From Candidatus Moraniibacteriota bacterium (lineage in GTDB: Bacteria > Patescibacteriota > Minisyncoccia > Moranbacterales > GCA-2747515), in contig CP175956.1 of the NCBI GenBank assembly GCA_046116545.1, forward strand, positions 257,734 to 321,733: 64,000 bases of DNA. Reading direction: 5' to 3'. Below, one piece after another: positions 39,537 to 49,552 of this stretch. The stretch's first letter is position 1. The number at the start of each line of letters is the position of its first letter. The notes below the pieces were generated by a model. That model was not told the DNA's origin and searched no databases. It was given only the letters and a program-made list of their open reading frames with translations. Both the position numbers and the translations under genes were made by a program.

Positions 39537-40082
39537 ATGTTTAGAGATATAACAACTGACAATCAAGAGATTTACAAAATCACAGTTCCTGGTGACTACG
39601 TTTTTTATTTTGAAAATAAAACTAATAACTTAATTTTTGATATTCAATGTGAAGATGCACATGTCAAAATCTATGGACTTTATACATGTAAAAATTCTGA
39701 TGCTTTCAATTTACATATAACTCAAAGACATTCTTCTCCTAATAGTATTAGTAATGTCTTAATTAAAAGTATCTTATATGACAAAAGTAACTTTAATTTC
39801 ACAGGAGTCATAGATATATTAAAGGAGGCCATCAATTCAACAGCAAATCTAGAAAATTATAATTTACTACTGAGTGATAAAGCACACGTGATAACATCTC
39901 CACAACTAGAAGTTGTGCCTAATGAAGTTAATTGTAAACACTCTGCAAAAATAATTCCATTAGATACCGCACAATTAAATTATATGACCTCAAGAGGTAT
40001 CTCAATAGAAGCTGCAAAACAATTACTTATTGATGGATTTACAGATGAAATTTTACAAATAAAAAAATGTCTACAAAAATAA
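39537..40082 (+). CDS. sufD: Short SufD-like protein
   Basis: NLLLSDKA...PQLEV...VNCKHSA...YMTSRGI C-terminal SufBD motifs; only 181 aa. Confidence 0.8.
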   Translation: MFRDITTDNQEIYKITVPGDYVFYFENKTNNLIFDIQCEDAHVKIYGLYTCKNSDAFNLHITQRHSSPNSISNVLIKSILYDKSNFNFTGVIDILKEAINSTANLENYNLLLSDKAHVITSPQLEVVPNEVNCKHSAKIIPLDTAQLNYMTSRGISIEAAKQLLIDGFTDEILQIKKCLQK

Positions 40083-40102
40083 TTATTTTTGTAGACATTT
40101 TT
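40063..40102. repeat. Perfect 40-bp palindrome over the sufD stop (terminator-like)
   Basis: AAAAATGTCTACAAAAATAA|TTATTTTTGTAGACATTTTT. Confidence 0.85.
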
Positions 40103-40222
40103 GCTGTCACGTGAGCACTGGATTCACTAGCTGAATGGCTTTACTTCCTACCAAACAATATCATTGGGACTTTTCGTCTCTCACTCACATGTAACAGAAA
40201 TATGTACTGTACTAATAATACA

Positions 40223-40720
40223 TCAAATAAGTGCCATGCCGAAATATCTATGAAAGCCAGCTTCTCCCACGCCTGTTAGAATTATGGACTCGCGACCCGC
40301 AAACTGTGCAAAATCACTTTCATCTTCTACATCATTGAAGTACACAAGTTGTGGCTTATCTGGACTCGCACAACGGGATGGACCTCGACAACCGCGAAAA
40401 ATATGTTGTTGATAAGTTTTACGTAAAGCCAGTTTTAATAATGGAATACAATCAGGAGAATATTGTCCACCATACTTCATTGTCCAGACAGGCGTATCTT
40501 TGAACCATATCGTCGTAAAACCTGATGACATATTACTTAACGGTGTAGTACAATATGCATCATGCACGACAAAATCTTCTGATCTAAAAGTAATACATTT
40601 ATATCCTGGCATACCTGGCATGTCATATTTTTCAACCTTTGCATTACTAACATATCCTTGACACATCGTCTTAAAAAAAATATCTTCAATTTGTTCTAAT
40701 GTTACATCTACGGCATCCAT
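40223..40720 (-). CDS. DUF5680-like hypothetical protein
   Basis: D.Y...SGFTTIWF...PVWTMKYGG, FRGCRGP, F.GRE.I pattern; SD GAGGT. Confidence 0.65.
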   Translation of the reverse strand: MDAVDVTLEQIEDIFFKTMCQGYVSNAKVEKYDMPGMPGYKCITFRSEDFVVHDAYCTTPLSNMSSGFTTIWFKDTPVWTMKYGGQYSPDCIPLLKLALRKTYQQHIFRGCRGPSRCASPDKPQLVYFNDVEDESDFAQFAGRESIILTGVGEAGFHRYFGMALI

Positions 40721-40805
40721 TAAACACCTCTCTTATTTGAATTTTATCTTTTTGTTAAAAAACTATGATACAAAATATTATCATAAAATCAATAGACAGT
40801 CAATC

Positions 40806-40833
40806 AAAAAACCGACCAAATGGTCGGTTTTTT
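40806..40833 (-). terminator. Terminator after rpoC
   Basis: AAAAAACCGACCA-aa-TGGTCGGTTTTTT. Confidence 0.85.
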
Positions 40834-40867
40834 GTGTGCCTATTTTTTGTAACTACAGAAAAATATT

Positions 40868-43800
40868 TTATTTTTTTTCTGCTTGTCGGAATCCTGTTCC
40901 TGCTGGAATTAGTCGTCCGATTATTACATTTTCTTTTAGACCTCTTAAACGATCTTTCTTTCCAGAAATTGAAGCGTTAATAAGAACTCTTGCAGTTTCT
41001 TGGAATGATGCAGCTGACAAGAATGATTCAGTTGAAAGAGCTACTTTTGTGATACCAAGTATCATTGGCTCTCCTTCTGCTATCTTTCCTTTTCCAGCTT
41101 CTTCATTTGCATCATTGAACTCACTTAGCTCAACTACCTCACCTGGGATAAGAGTTGTATCTCCTGCTTCTTTTATACTGATACGTGAGAACATTTGTCT
41201 TATTATAATCTCAATGTGTTTATCATTGATACCTTCACCTTGTGAAGCATAGATATTTTGAATTTCACTAACAATATATCTATGTACAGCTTCCTTGCCC
41301 ATAGTTGCATACAATTTTTTCAGATCCATATGACCTTCATTTAATTGTTGCCCCTTTGTTACAAGGTCACCTTTTGCAATATTGATTGTTGCTACTGAAG
41401 GAACATTATATTTCTTTTGTTTCTTCTTATTATCTTGTTCTTCTATGACAACAGTTACAAATTTTCCACCATCATCTTCATATTCAACAACTTTACCATC
41501 AATTTCTGAAAGAATTGACTCACCTTTTGGTACACGAGCCTCGAAGATTTCTTCTACACGAGGAAGACCTTGTGTAATATCACTTCCAGCAACACCACCA
41601 ACATGGAAAGTACGCATAGTAAGCTGTGTTCCAGGTTCACCAATAGCTTGAGCCGCTACAGTTCCTACAGCCTGACCAAGTGTTACAACTTCACTTCTTC
41701 CCAAATCGATTCCATAACATTTCTGACAAATTCCACGAAGTGTTTTACAAGCTGTCGCAGTTCTAATCTTAACCTTCTTGACTCCAGATTTATCAATAGC
41801 TTGAGCTTGTTCTTTTGATATAATATCACTTGATTCTACCAAAACTTTATCAGTTTTTGGATGCTTTAGAGTACCGCAAGCAGTACGTCCAACAACTCTA
41901 GCAAAAAACTCAATTCCAATCTTATCTGAATCTTCTCGGTAAACATATCCACCAGTTCTGTCTCCACAGTTTTCTTCTGTTACTATCACATCTTGAGCAA
42001 CATCTACCAAACGACGAGTTAGATAACCAGCTGTCGCAGTTCTTAGAGCTGTATCAGCCATACCCTTACGAGCTCCATGAGTTGAGATGAAATATTCCAA
42101 CACATCGAGACCTTCTTTGTATGAACTTCGCACTGGTAATTCTAATGTTTCACCAGTAGCTCCAGCCATCAAACCTTTCATACCTGTCATCTGTACCACA
42201 ACTGATTCACTACCACGAGCCTTAGAATAAACCATTGAATAAACTGGACCTTCTTTATCAAGTCCATTTCTCACTTCCTCAGTAATATCATCTTTGGCTT
42301 TATTCCATATATCAATAGAACGGTTCTTACGCTCTTCTTCTGTAAGAAGTCCCATGTCATAATTCTCTCTAACTTCATTCACTAATACTTGTGAAGCTTC
42401 TAGAATTTCTTTTTTCTTTTCTGGAATTTTTAAGTCATCCATTCCCCAACTAATACCTGATTTTGTTACAGTTTCAAATCCAAGATTTTTCACTCTATCT
42501 ATAAATAGAGCTGTCTCATCTTGACCTTCAGTCTCTAACATTGTTGCAACGATGTCTTTCAATTCAACCTTTGTCATTTCTTCATTAATGAAACGCATTG
42601 ATTCTGGCAAAATATCATTGAACATTCCGCGACCAGCTGAAGTTTTGTATGTTTTTTTATTGTATTGAAGATAAATTTCAGCATTTACAGCAATTATACC
42701 ATTTTGATAAGCAAGTGCTGCCTCATCAATATTAGCAAATATTTTACCTTCACCTTTAGCTCCTTTTTTAATATGAGTAATATAATAAATACCCAATACC
42801 AAGTCTAGCGTTGGAGTCGTAATAGGCTCACCACTAGCAGGCTTAATAAGGTTCTTTGATGAAAGCATCAAGTTTGCGCATTCTTCACGTGCCTTATCTG
42901 TCAAAGGAACATGAACTGCCATCTGATCACCATCGAAGTCAGCATTAAATGCTGCACATACCATAGGATGCAATTGTATTGCTTTACCTTCAATAAGAAC
43001 TGGTTGGAAAGCTTGAATCGAAAGTCTATGCAAAGTAGGCGCACGGTTAAGCATTACGTAATGATGTGGAATGATATTATCCAAAATTTCATATGCTTCT
43101 TCTGTTTCATTATCAACCATCTTCCCAGCTGTACGCACGTTATGAGCATACTCTCTTTCAATAAGTTTATTGATAATAAACGGCTTGTATAGCTCAAGTG
43201 CCATCTTCTTTGGGATACCCGCTTGATGTAATTTCAACTGGGGACCAATCACAATTACACTACGACCAGAATAGTCAACACGCTTACCAAGTAAGTTTTG
43301 ACGGAATCGTCCTTGCTTCCCTTTCAAAGAATCAGCAAGTGATCTAAGTGCTCTACGTTGTCCTGTTGAAGCCGCTACAGAAGCTTGTCCACGACGAGCA
43401 GAGTTGTCAAACAAAGCATCAACTGCTTCTTGCAACATTCTCTTTTCGTTTCGTGTAATAACCTCAGGAGCATGTAAGTCCATAAGTTTTTTCAAACGAT
43501 TGTTTCGGTTGATGATTCTACGATAGAGATCATTCAAATCAGAAGTAGCAAATCGTCCACCATCAAGAGCAACCATTGGTCGCAAATCTGGTGGAATAAC
43601 TGGCACAACTGTTGGTAACATCCATTCTAATTTGATTTTTGCTTTTTTAATTCCTTGATAAAATTTGATTCGTTTCTGCATCTTTTTCTTTGTAATAGAA
43701 TCAACCTCATCAACTTGCTCAGCAAGTTCTTTTCGCATTACATCCACATCCATATCTACTAATAGATCCCGAATAGCTTCAGCACCGATACCCGCAGAAA

Positions 43801-44440
43801 ACACTTGTCCAAAACTAGTAGACAAATTAAAATATTCTACTTCAGTTAAAATTTGATATTTTTTCAAATTTTTCAATGCATCACGCTTTGAACGAAATTG
43901 TTTTTTCAATTCTTGTAATGTGTCTTTATCATCATTAGCTTTAAGCTCTTTTTGCTTGTGCTTAAACTCACTTTCAAGATTTTCTTGAGCACTAATTTTT
44001 GCAGCCTCTTCTACATCTGTAACGATATATGATGAAAAGTAAATAACTTTTTCTAATTGTTGTGGAGAAAGTCCTAAAGCAAGACCAATCTTACTAGGCA
44101 CACCACGCAAAAACCAAATATGTGATACAGGAACAGATAGTTGAATATGTCCCATTCTTTCACGACGGATAATTGAACGAGTTACTTCTACTCCACACTT
44201 ATCACAAGTTATCCCCTTATATCGAATACGCTTATATTTTCCACAATAACATTCCCAATCTTTTGATGGTCCAAATATTCTTTCGCAAAATAGACCATCC
44301 ATCTCAAATCTTTGAGTACGGTAATTGATTGTTTCTGGTTTTGTAATCTCACCACTTGACCAACCCAAAATACTTTCTGGAGAAGCAAGTCTAAGCCTGA
44401 CACTGTCGAAATCACTAACTTTTGTTACATTATTTTCCAT
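40868..44440 (-). CDS. rpoC: RNA polymerase beta' subunit
   Basis: KPETINYRT, NADFDGDQMAVH catalytic motif, LKENVIIGRLIPAGTG. Confidence 0.99.
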   Translation of the reverse strand: MENNVTKVSDFDSVRLRLASPESILGWSSGEITKPETINYRTQRFEMDGLFCERIFGPSKDWECYCGKYKRIRYKGITCDKCGVEVTRSIIRRERMGHIQLSVPVSHIWFLRGVPSKIGLALGLSPQQLEKVIYFSSYIVTDVEEAAKISAQENLESEFKHKQKELKANDDKDTLQELKKQFRSKRDALKNLKKYQILTEVEYFNLSTSFGQVFSAGIGAEAIRDLLVDMDVDVMRKELAEQVDEVDSITKKKMQKRIKFYQGIKKAKIKLEWMLPTVVPVIPPDLRPMVALDGGRFATSDLNDLYRRIINRNNRLKKLMDLHAPEVITRNEKRMLQEAVDALFDNSARRGQASVAASTGQRRALRSLADSLKGKQGRFRQNLLGKRVDYSGRSVIVIGPQLKLHQAGIPKKMALELYKPFIINKLIEREYAHNVRTAGKMVDNETEEAYEILDNIIPHHYVMLNRAPTLHRLSIQAFQPVLIEGKAIQLHPMVCAAFNADFDGDQMAVHVPLTDKAREECANLMLSSKNLIKPASGEPITTPTLDLVLGIYYITHIKKGAKGEGKIFANIDEAALAYQNGIIAVNAEIYLQYNKKTYKTSAGRGMFNDILPESMRFINEEMTKVELKDIVATMLETEGQDETALFIDRVKNLGFETVTKSGISWGMDDLKIPEKKKEILEASQVLVNEVRENYDMGLLTEEERKNRSIDIWNKAKDDITEEVRNGLDKEGPVYSMVYSKARGSESVVVQMTGMKGLMAGATGETLELPVRSSYKEGLDVLEYFISTHGARKGMADTALRTATAGYLTRRLVDVAQDVIVTEENCGDRTGGYVYREDSDKIGIEFFARVVGRTACGTLKHPKTDKVLVESSDIISKEQAQAIDKSGVKKVKIRTATACKTLRGICQKCYGIDLGRSEVVTLGQAVGTVAAQAIGEPGTQLTMRTFHVGGVAGSDITQGLPRVEEIFEARVPKGESILSEIDGKVVEYEDDGGKFVTVVIEEQDNKKKQKKYNVPSVATINIAKGDLVTKGQQLNEGHMDLKKLYATMGKEAVHRYIVSEIQNIYASQGEGINDKHIEIIIRQMFSRISIKEAGDTTLIPGEVVELSEFNDANEEAGKGKIAEGEPMILGITKVALSTESFLSAASFQETARVLINASISGKKDRLRGLKENVIIGRLIPAGTGFRQAEKK

Positions 44441-44477
44441 ATGTTTTAACTTTAAGTTATATTAGATGCTTACCCTA

Positions 44478-44498
44478 TCCGCCGATAGAATCGGCGGA
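44478..44498. other. GC-rich hairpin between rpoB and rpoC
   Basis: TCCGCCGAT-aga-ATCGGCGGA without clear U-tract. Confidence 0.55.
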
Positions 44499-44504
44499 AG
44501 AGGA

Positions 44505-47500
44505 TTATTTCTTTCCTTTTGCTTTTGCATCCTTAGCTTCTTGAGCAATTGCTTTTGAAGTATCAGATTTCTTTGCGTCATCACCTGACTCGACTTTCTG
44601 TCCGATGAGATCTACATCCAAACACAATCCTTTAAGTTCATTTACCAATACGTGGAATGAAGCAGGTAGGTTTGGACTCTTAATTTCTTCACCTTTGATA
44701 ATTGATTCATATGCCTTTGACCGTCCAAGCACATCATCAGATTTAATTGTAAGCATTTCTTGCAATGTGTGTGCTGCCCCATGACCTTCAAGTGCCCACA
44801 CTTCCATCTCTCCAAAACGCTGTCCACCAAACTGAGCTTTACCACCAAGTGGTTGTTGAGTAATAAGTGAATATGGACCAATTGATCGCATATGCATCTT
44901 GTCATCAACTAAATGGTTCAACTTCAAGATATACATTACACCTACAGTTGACTCATTATCAAATGGTCGTCCTGTCTTACCATCCATCAATTTGATTTTT
45001 CCGTTTTCTGGCAATCCTGCTGATTTCAATTCTTTTTTAATATCTTCTTCACTTACACCATCAAGTGCTGGAGAAGCAACTGTGTAACCATGTTCAAGTG
45101 CAGCCCATCCTAGATGGGTTTCTAGAATCTGACCAATATTCATACGACTAGCCACACCAAGAGGATTCAATATAACATCAACAGGAGTTCCATCTGGTAG
45201 GTACGGCATGTCTTCTGCTGGTGCAATTCTTGAAATAACACCCTTATTTCCATGACGACCAGCTAACTTATCCCCTACAGAAATTCGTCTCATCTGAGCA
45301 ACTGAAATCTGAATCTGTTGACTTACACCAGTTGGTAATCTATCACCTTGTTCTCTTGTGAAGATTTTGATATCAACAACTTTTCCAATTTCACCATGTG
45401 GCAAATAAAGTGATGAGTCTTTTACATCCCTTGATTTTTCACCAAAAATTGCTCGAAGCAATCTTTCTTCAGCTGTAAGATCACCTTCACCTTTTGGAGT
45501 AATTTTACCAACCATGATATCACCAGAAGCAATTTCAGCACCTATTCGAACAATACCTGTTTCGTCTAGATTCTTTAATCTTTCTTCACCAATATTTGGG
45601 ATATCACGAGTTACTACCTCAGGTCCAAGTTTTGTATCACGAACATCCAATTTGAAATCCTCAATATGAATTGAACTCCATCTATCATTTCGCAACACTC
45701 TATCAGAAATGATAATGGCATCCTCAAAGTTAAGCCCTTCCCATGGCACAAATGCTACAAGCATATTTTGACCTAAAGCTAATTCACCATGTTCAGTTGA
45801 AGAACCATCAGCAAGCAATTGTCCTTTTTTAACTTTCTGGCCAACTGTTACACGAGGCACTTGATTCAAAGAACTAAACGCGTTTGACTTCATAAAAGTA
45901 TGTAGTATATATTCACGTTTATTCTTTCTCTTCTTTTTTGAACCTTTTTCCATGTCTTCCTCGACAATAACCTTAGTTCCATCAACAACAGTTACAACAC
46001 CATTATTCTTTGCAATAACAGCTTGACCTGAATCAGCCGCAGCTTTGTCCTCGATACCAGTTCCTACTAAAGGAGCTTCTGGTTTTACACAAGATACAGC
46101 TTGTCGTTGCATGTTTGATCCCATAAGTGCACGGTTTGCATCATCATGCTCCAAGAACGGAATAAGTGATGTAGCAACAGAAATACACTGTTTAGGAGAA
46201 ACATCAATACAATCAATGCTAGTAGTAGCAACCATATCAGGATGTCCACCAACACGAGCTTCAACCATATCTTTAATTATATTTCTATCTTCATCAAGTT
46301 TTGTACCACCATGTGCAATAGTCTTTCTATCTTCAACAGTTGCATTTACGTAATTCAATTTTTCAGTAACAAATGGTGTCACCTTGATACTTTTTACTTT
46401 ATCTTTTGCAATTTTCTTTGCATCTTTTTCATCGATTTTAGTTCCCTTCCGCAAACCAGCAACACCTTCTGCTAATATACGTCCAACAAGTTGTTTTTCC
46501 GTATTTTTCACTTCCTGATCAACATCTAAGTAAGGAGTTTCCAAAAATCCATATTCATTAATACGTGCATAAGTTGCCAAATGACCTACTAAACCAATAT
46601 TTGGACCTTCTGGAGTTTCTACTGGACAAATTCTACCATAATGAGATTGATGTACATCACGAACCTCAAATCCAGCTCGTTCTCTAGTCAGACCACCTGG
46701 ACCAAGCGCAGATAAACGACGCTTATGCTCCAGCTCAGCAAGTGGATTCACCTGATCCATAAACTGTGATAATTGAGAGCTTGAGAAAAATTCTTTTATA
46801 GAAGCTGACACTGGACGAGAGTTTATAATCTGACCAGGTACAACTGTTTCTGGATCACAAGTACTCATTCTGTCTTTGATATTTCGTCCCATACGAGCGA
46901 AACCAATTCTCATCTTATTTTGCACTAACTCACCAACACCTCTAACACGACGGTTACCAAGATGATCAATATCATCAGCAATTGCTTGAGGATCATTATT
47001 CATTCGGATAATTTCTTTCAAAATCAATACGAAATCTTCTTTTAAAAGCACACGATTTTCAGTGTTATTTTCTCTATCTGTTTCAAGTCTTTGGTTTAAT
47101 CGGTATCTACCAACCGCTCCAAAGTCATATCTATCAAAATCAAAAAACATCGCATCAATCATTTGTTTTGCGTTTTCTTCTGTTGCTAGATCACCTGGAC
47201 GAACTCTTTTATATACTTCTTTATATCCTTCACCCTGTGTAGTTGTAATATCTTTTTCAAGTGTTTGTCCTATGTGATCAACATTTAGTATTTCAACATC
47301 GTCAAAAAGTGCCTTTATTTCATCAGTACTGCCATACCCAAAAGCACGTAGTAATGTTGTTACAGGCAATTTTCGTTTGCGATCAATTTTTACATAAATA
47401 ACTCCTTCTCTATCTGTTTCAAGTTCTAACCAAGCTCCTCTGTTTGGAATAATTTTTGCACCAAAGAATTTTTTACCTTTGATATATTCCATAGAGAAGA

Positions 47501-47975
47501 ATACTCCTGGTGAACGAATCAATTGTGAAACGATTACACGCTCAACTCCATTGATGATAAATGTACCTCTATCAGTCATAAGAGGAAACTCACCAAAATA
47601 AATTTCTTGTTCTTTTACCTCACCTGTTTTTTTCAAAACAAGTTTAGCTGTTGCGCGAAGAGGCGCTTCAAAAGAAACATTCTTGTTACGTGCTGTCCTT
47701 TCATCAAACTTTGGCTCATCAAGAAAATAATCAGAAATAGATAATTCCATATCTCTTCCTGCAAAATCTGTTATTGGATTTACTTCATCCAATAATTCTT
47801 GTAACCCTTTTTCCATAAACCAATCATAAGACGCAGTCTGCGACTCGATTAGATTTGGAAGTGAAACAGCTAGTTGTTTTTTAAAAAACTTGCGTTTAGC
47901 AAGCGAAGAAGAGGCGCTGAACTTCCCCTTTACCTTCATTTTCTTTTCCTCAACCATAAAAAGACCCGCCATCAT
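44505..47975 (-). CDS. rpoB: RNA polymerase beta subunit (true start probably one of the downstream Met codons)
   Basis: GTFIINGVERVIVSQL, GDKLAGRHGNKG, GGQRFGEMEVWALE. Confidence 0.99.
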   Translation of the reverse strand: MMAGLFMVEEKKMKVKGKFSASSSLAKRKFFKKQLAVSLPNLIESQTASYDWFMEKGLQELLDEVNPITDFAGRDMELSISDYFLDEPKFDERTARNKNVSFEAPLRATAKLVLKKTGEVKEQEIYFGEFPLMTDRGTFIINGVERVIVSQLIRSPGVFFSMEYIKGKKFFGAKIIPNRGAWLELETDREGVIYVKIDRKRKLPVTTLLRAFGYGSTDEIKALFDDVEILNVDHIGQTLEKDITTTQGEGYKEVYKRVRPGDLATEENAKQMIDAMFFDFDRYDFGAVGRYRLNQRLETDRENNTENRVLLKEDFVLILKEIIRMNNDPQAIADDIDHLGNRRVRGVGELVQNKMRIGFARMGRNIKDRMSTCDPETVVPGQIINSRPVSASIKEFFSSSQLSQFMDQVNPLAELEHKRRLSALGPGGLTRERAGFEVRDVHQSHYGRICPVETPEGPNIGLVGHLATYARINEYGFLETPYLDVDQEVKNTEKQLVGRILAEGVAGLRKGTKIDEKDAKKIAKDKVKSIKVTPFVTEKLNYVNATVEDRKTIAHGGTKLDEDRNIIKDMVEARVGGHPDMVATTSIDCIDVSPKQCISVATSLIPFLEHDDANRALMGSNMQRQAVSCVKPEAPLVGTGIEDKAAADSGQAVIAKNNGVVTVVDGTKVIVEEDMEKGSKKKRKNKREYILHTFMKSNAFSSLNQVPRVTVGQKVKKGQLLADGSSTEHGELALGQNMLVAFVPWEGLNFEDAIIISDRVLRNDRWSSIHIEDFKLDVRDTKLGPEVVTRDIPNIGEERLKNLDETGIVRIGAEIASGDIMVGKITPKGEGDLTAEERLLRAIFGEKSRDVKDSSLYLPHGEIGKVVDIKIFTREQGDRLPTGVSQQIQISVAQMRRISVGDKLAGRHGNKGVISRIAPAEDMPYLPDGTPVDVILNPLGVASRMNIGQILETHLGWAALEHGYTVASPALDGVSEEDIKKELKSAGLPENGKIKLMDGKTGRPFDNESTVGVMYILKLNHLVDDKMHMRSIGPYSLITQQPLGGKAQFGGQRFGEMEVWALEGHGAAHTLQEMLTIKSDDVLGRSKAYESIIKGEEIKSPNLPASFHVLVNELKGLCLDVDLIGQKVESGDDAKKSDTSKAIAQEAKDAKAKGKK

Positions 47976-48164
47976 ACGATATCCCCAAGCTCTGATAAGT
48001 GTCTTGAGAGCTTGCGTTCTACCTTATTGATGGAGTTTTAAAATGATTACTATTTAATTGTCGCACAAAATTGTCCGATATTCTGCATCCAAACTTGACA
48101 CGAAATTCCCTGTCATCAAACAGAAAATCCGCCTCATTAAAGTGGATTATTTTCAGTACATTGA

Positions 48165-48193
48165 ATATTATCAGACAAAAATTATATTGTCAA
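48165..48193 (-). promoter_or_regulatory. Sigma-70 promoter of rpoBC
   Basis: TTGACA-N17-TAATAT. Confidence 0.6.
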
Positions 48194-48254
48194 TAGTAAC
48201 CACATACTGCAACACATTTCTATATAATTAGAATATTTTTTTATCATAAAATAA

Positions 48255-48288
48255 AAACATCGTTAATTAAATTTAATTAACGATGTTT
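48255..48288. terminator. Perfect 34-bp palindrome after purM
   Basis: AAACATCGTTAATTAAA|TTTAATTAACGATGTTT. Confidence 0.7.
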
Positions 48289-48325
48289 CATAATATTGTG
48301 CCAGATTTAATCTTTACACAAAAAT

Positions 48326-49498
48326 TCAATAATCATCAAAACGACCATACGGTGTTTCTAAAATTATTTTATTTTGACCTTTTATTCCCTTCTCACATAC
48401 ACCTAGGTCATACAGGGTAATATGTGTTTGCTCACTGATGATTTGCATCACTTCTGCAAATTCTTCATTATCCTCACCAACAACATCAATACCAACACCA
48501 CAATTAAATGACTCAAACATATTACGCCACGTTTCTCCAGAGTCATTTTGAATTCTCTGAAAAAGAGGTGCCGCTTCTGGCATTGTCTTGTGATATACAA
48601 TGCCCTCACCAACATGTGCAATCTTGGTTGCTCCTCCACCAGTGTTCATGCTAATACCATGCAACATGTGGAAGATATTTCTTTCCTTCAAAGCTTCAAT
48701 GATCATTTTAATAACTACTGACCAATGTCTTGTCGGAGAAATAAGTTGCTGTGCTACACCGCTATCTGCACTTTTATCCCCTTCAAAAGAAGCTCCATCT
48801 TTAATGAGAAATGGATATTTCTCACCATATTTTGGATGCATTTCCTTGTAGCGAGCCATAGTTGAACCATTGGACATAAGTCCACTGTTTTCTTCCGTCT
48901 CCCATTCTGCTCGCCCATCAGATGCAAAACCATAAATTTTGTCACCAACCTGAACATTACCCGAAATGATATTTTCTTCGGCTGTCTCTGAATATACTGC
49001 AACATCGAATACAATACTCTTTACCTGATCAGGCAAATCTGCAGTCTCACCACCCAGAAAATGAACGTCCATGCCAAAATATTTATATAGCTCTAGCGCA
49101 TCTTCAAATCCGCCTGCCAACTGTTCCAGAATAACTTTTTTAGGAACATTTATGCCATTAATATTAACAGTATCTGCAACAATCGCCATATCAACAAAGC
49201 CACTTGCAGCAATATCTCCGAGATTCATTTCCATCGCATCAATAACAGCGCCCCAGAATACTTGTGGATCTGATAATTCAAGATACATAAGCATTCGCTG
49301 TAAGAATTTACTTCCATCCCCATCCAGATGTAATGTACACACAACACCCTTTTGTGTTGGATGATCGATGATGTTTACAAAAGCATTTGGATATTTATTT
49401 TCCACAATTGGACCAAATGTTTTACGAACAACTCCCTTTTGTGCATCAACGCCAAGTTTTGAATATTGACTTTCTTGTTTCATGTCTATCTTCTCCAT
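48326..49498 (-). CDS. purM: Phosphoribosylformylglycinamidine cyclo-ligase (AIR synthase), divergent type
   Basis: YSKLGVDA, DGDGSK, GGETADLPD, SNGST.AR, TGGGATK, FNCGVG; follows purL. Confidence 0.85.
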   Translation of the reverse strand: MEKIDMKQESQYSKLGVDAQKGVVRKTFGPIVENKYPNAFVNIIDHPTQKGVVCTLHLDGDGSKFLQRMLMYLELSDPQVFWGAVIDAMEMNLGDIAASGFVDMAIVADTVNINGINVPKKVILEQLAGGFEDALELYKYFGMDVHFLGGETADLPDQVKSIVFDVAVYSETAEENIISGNVQVGDKIYGFASDGRAEWETEENSGLMSNGSTMARYKEMHPKYGEKYPFLIKDGASFEGDKSADSGVAQQLISPTRHWSVVIKMIIEALKERNIFHMLHGISMNTGGGATKIAHVGEGIVYHKTMPEAAPLFQRIQNDSGETWRNMFESFNCGVGIDVVGEDNEEFAEVMQIISEQTHITLYDLGVCEKGIKGQNKIILETPYGRFDDY

Positions 49499-49512
49499 TG
49501 AAAATAAAATGT

Positions 49513-49544
49513 AGTCCTTGGTGGAATTATTTCCACCAAGGACT
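49513..49544. other. Strong hairpin between purL and purM
   Basis: AGTCCTTGGTGGAA-ttat-TTCCACCAAGGACT. Confidence 0.65.
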
Positions 49545-49552
49545 GAGTTAAA

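Noticed and set aside
40737-41252. 171-aa plus-strand ORF and other short ORFs within rpoBC and purL
   Set aside because: Antisense or off-frame shadows of conserved genes.
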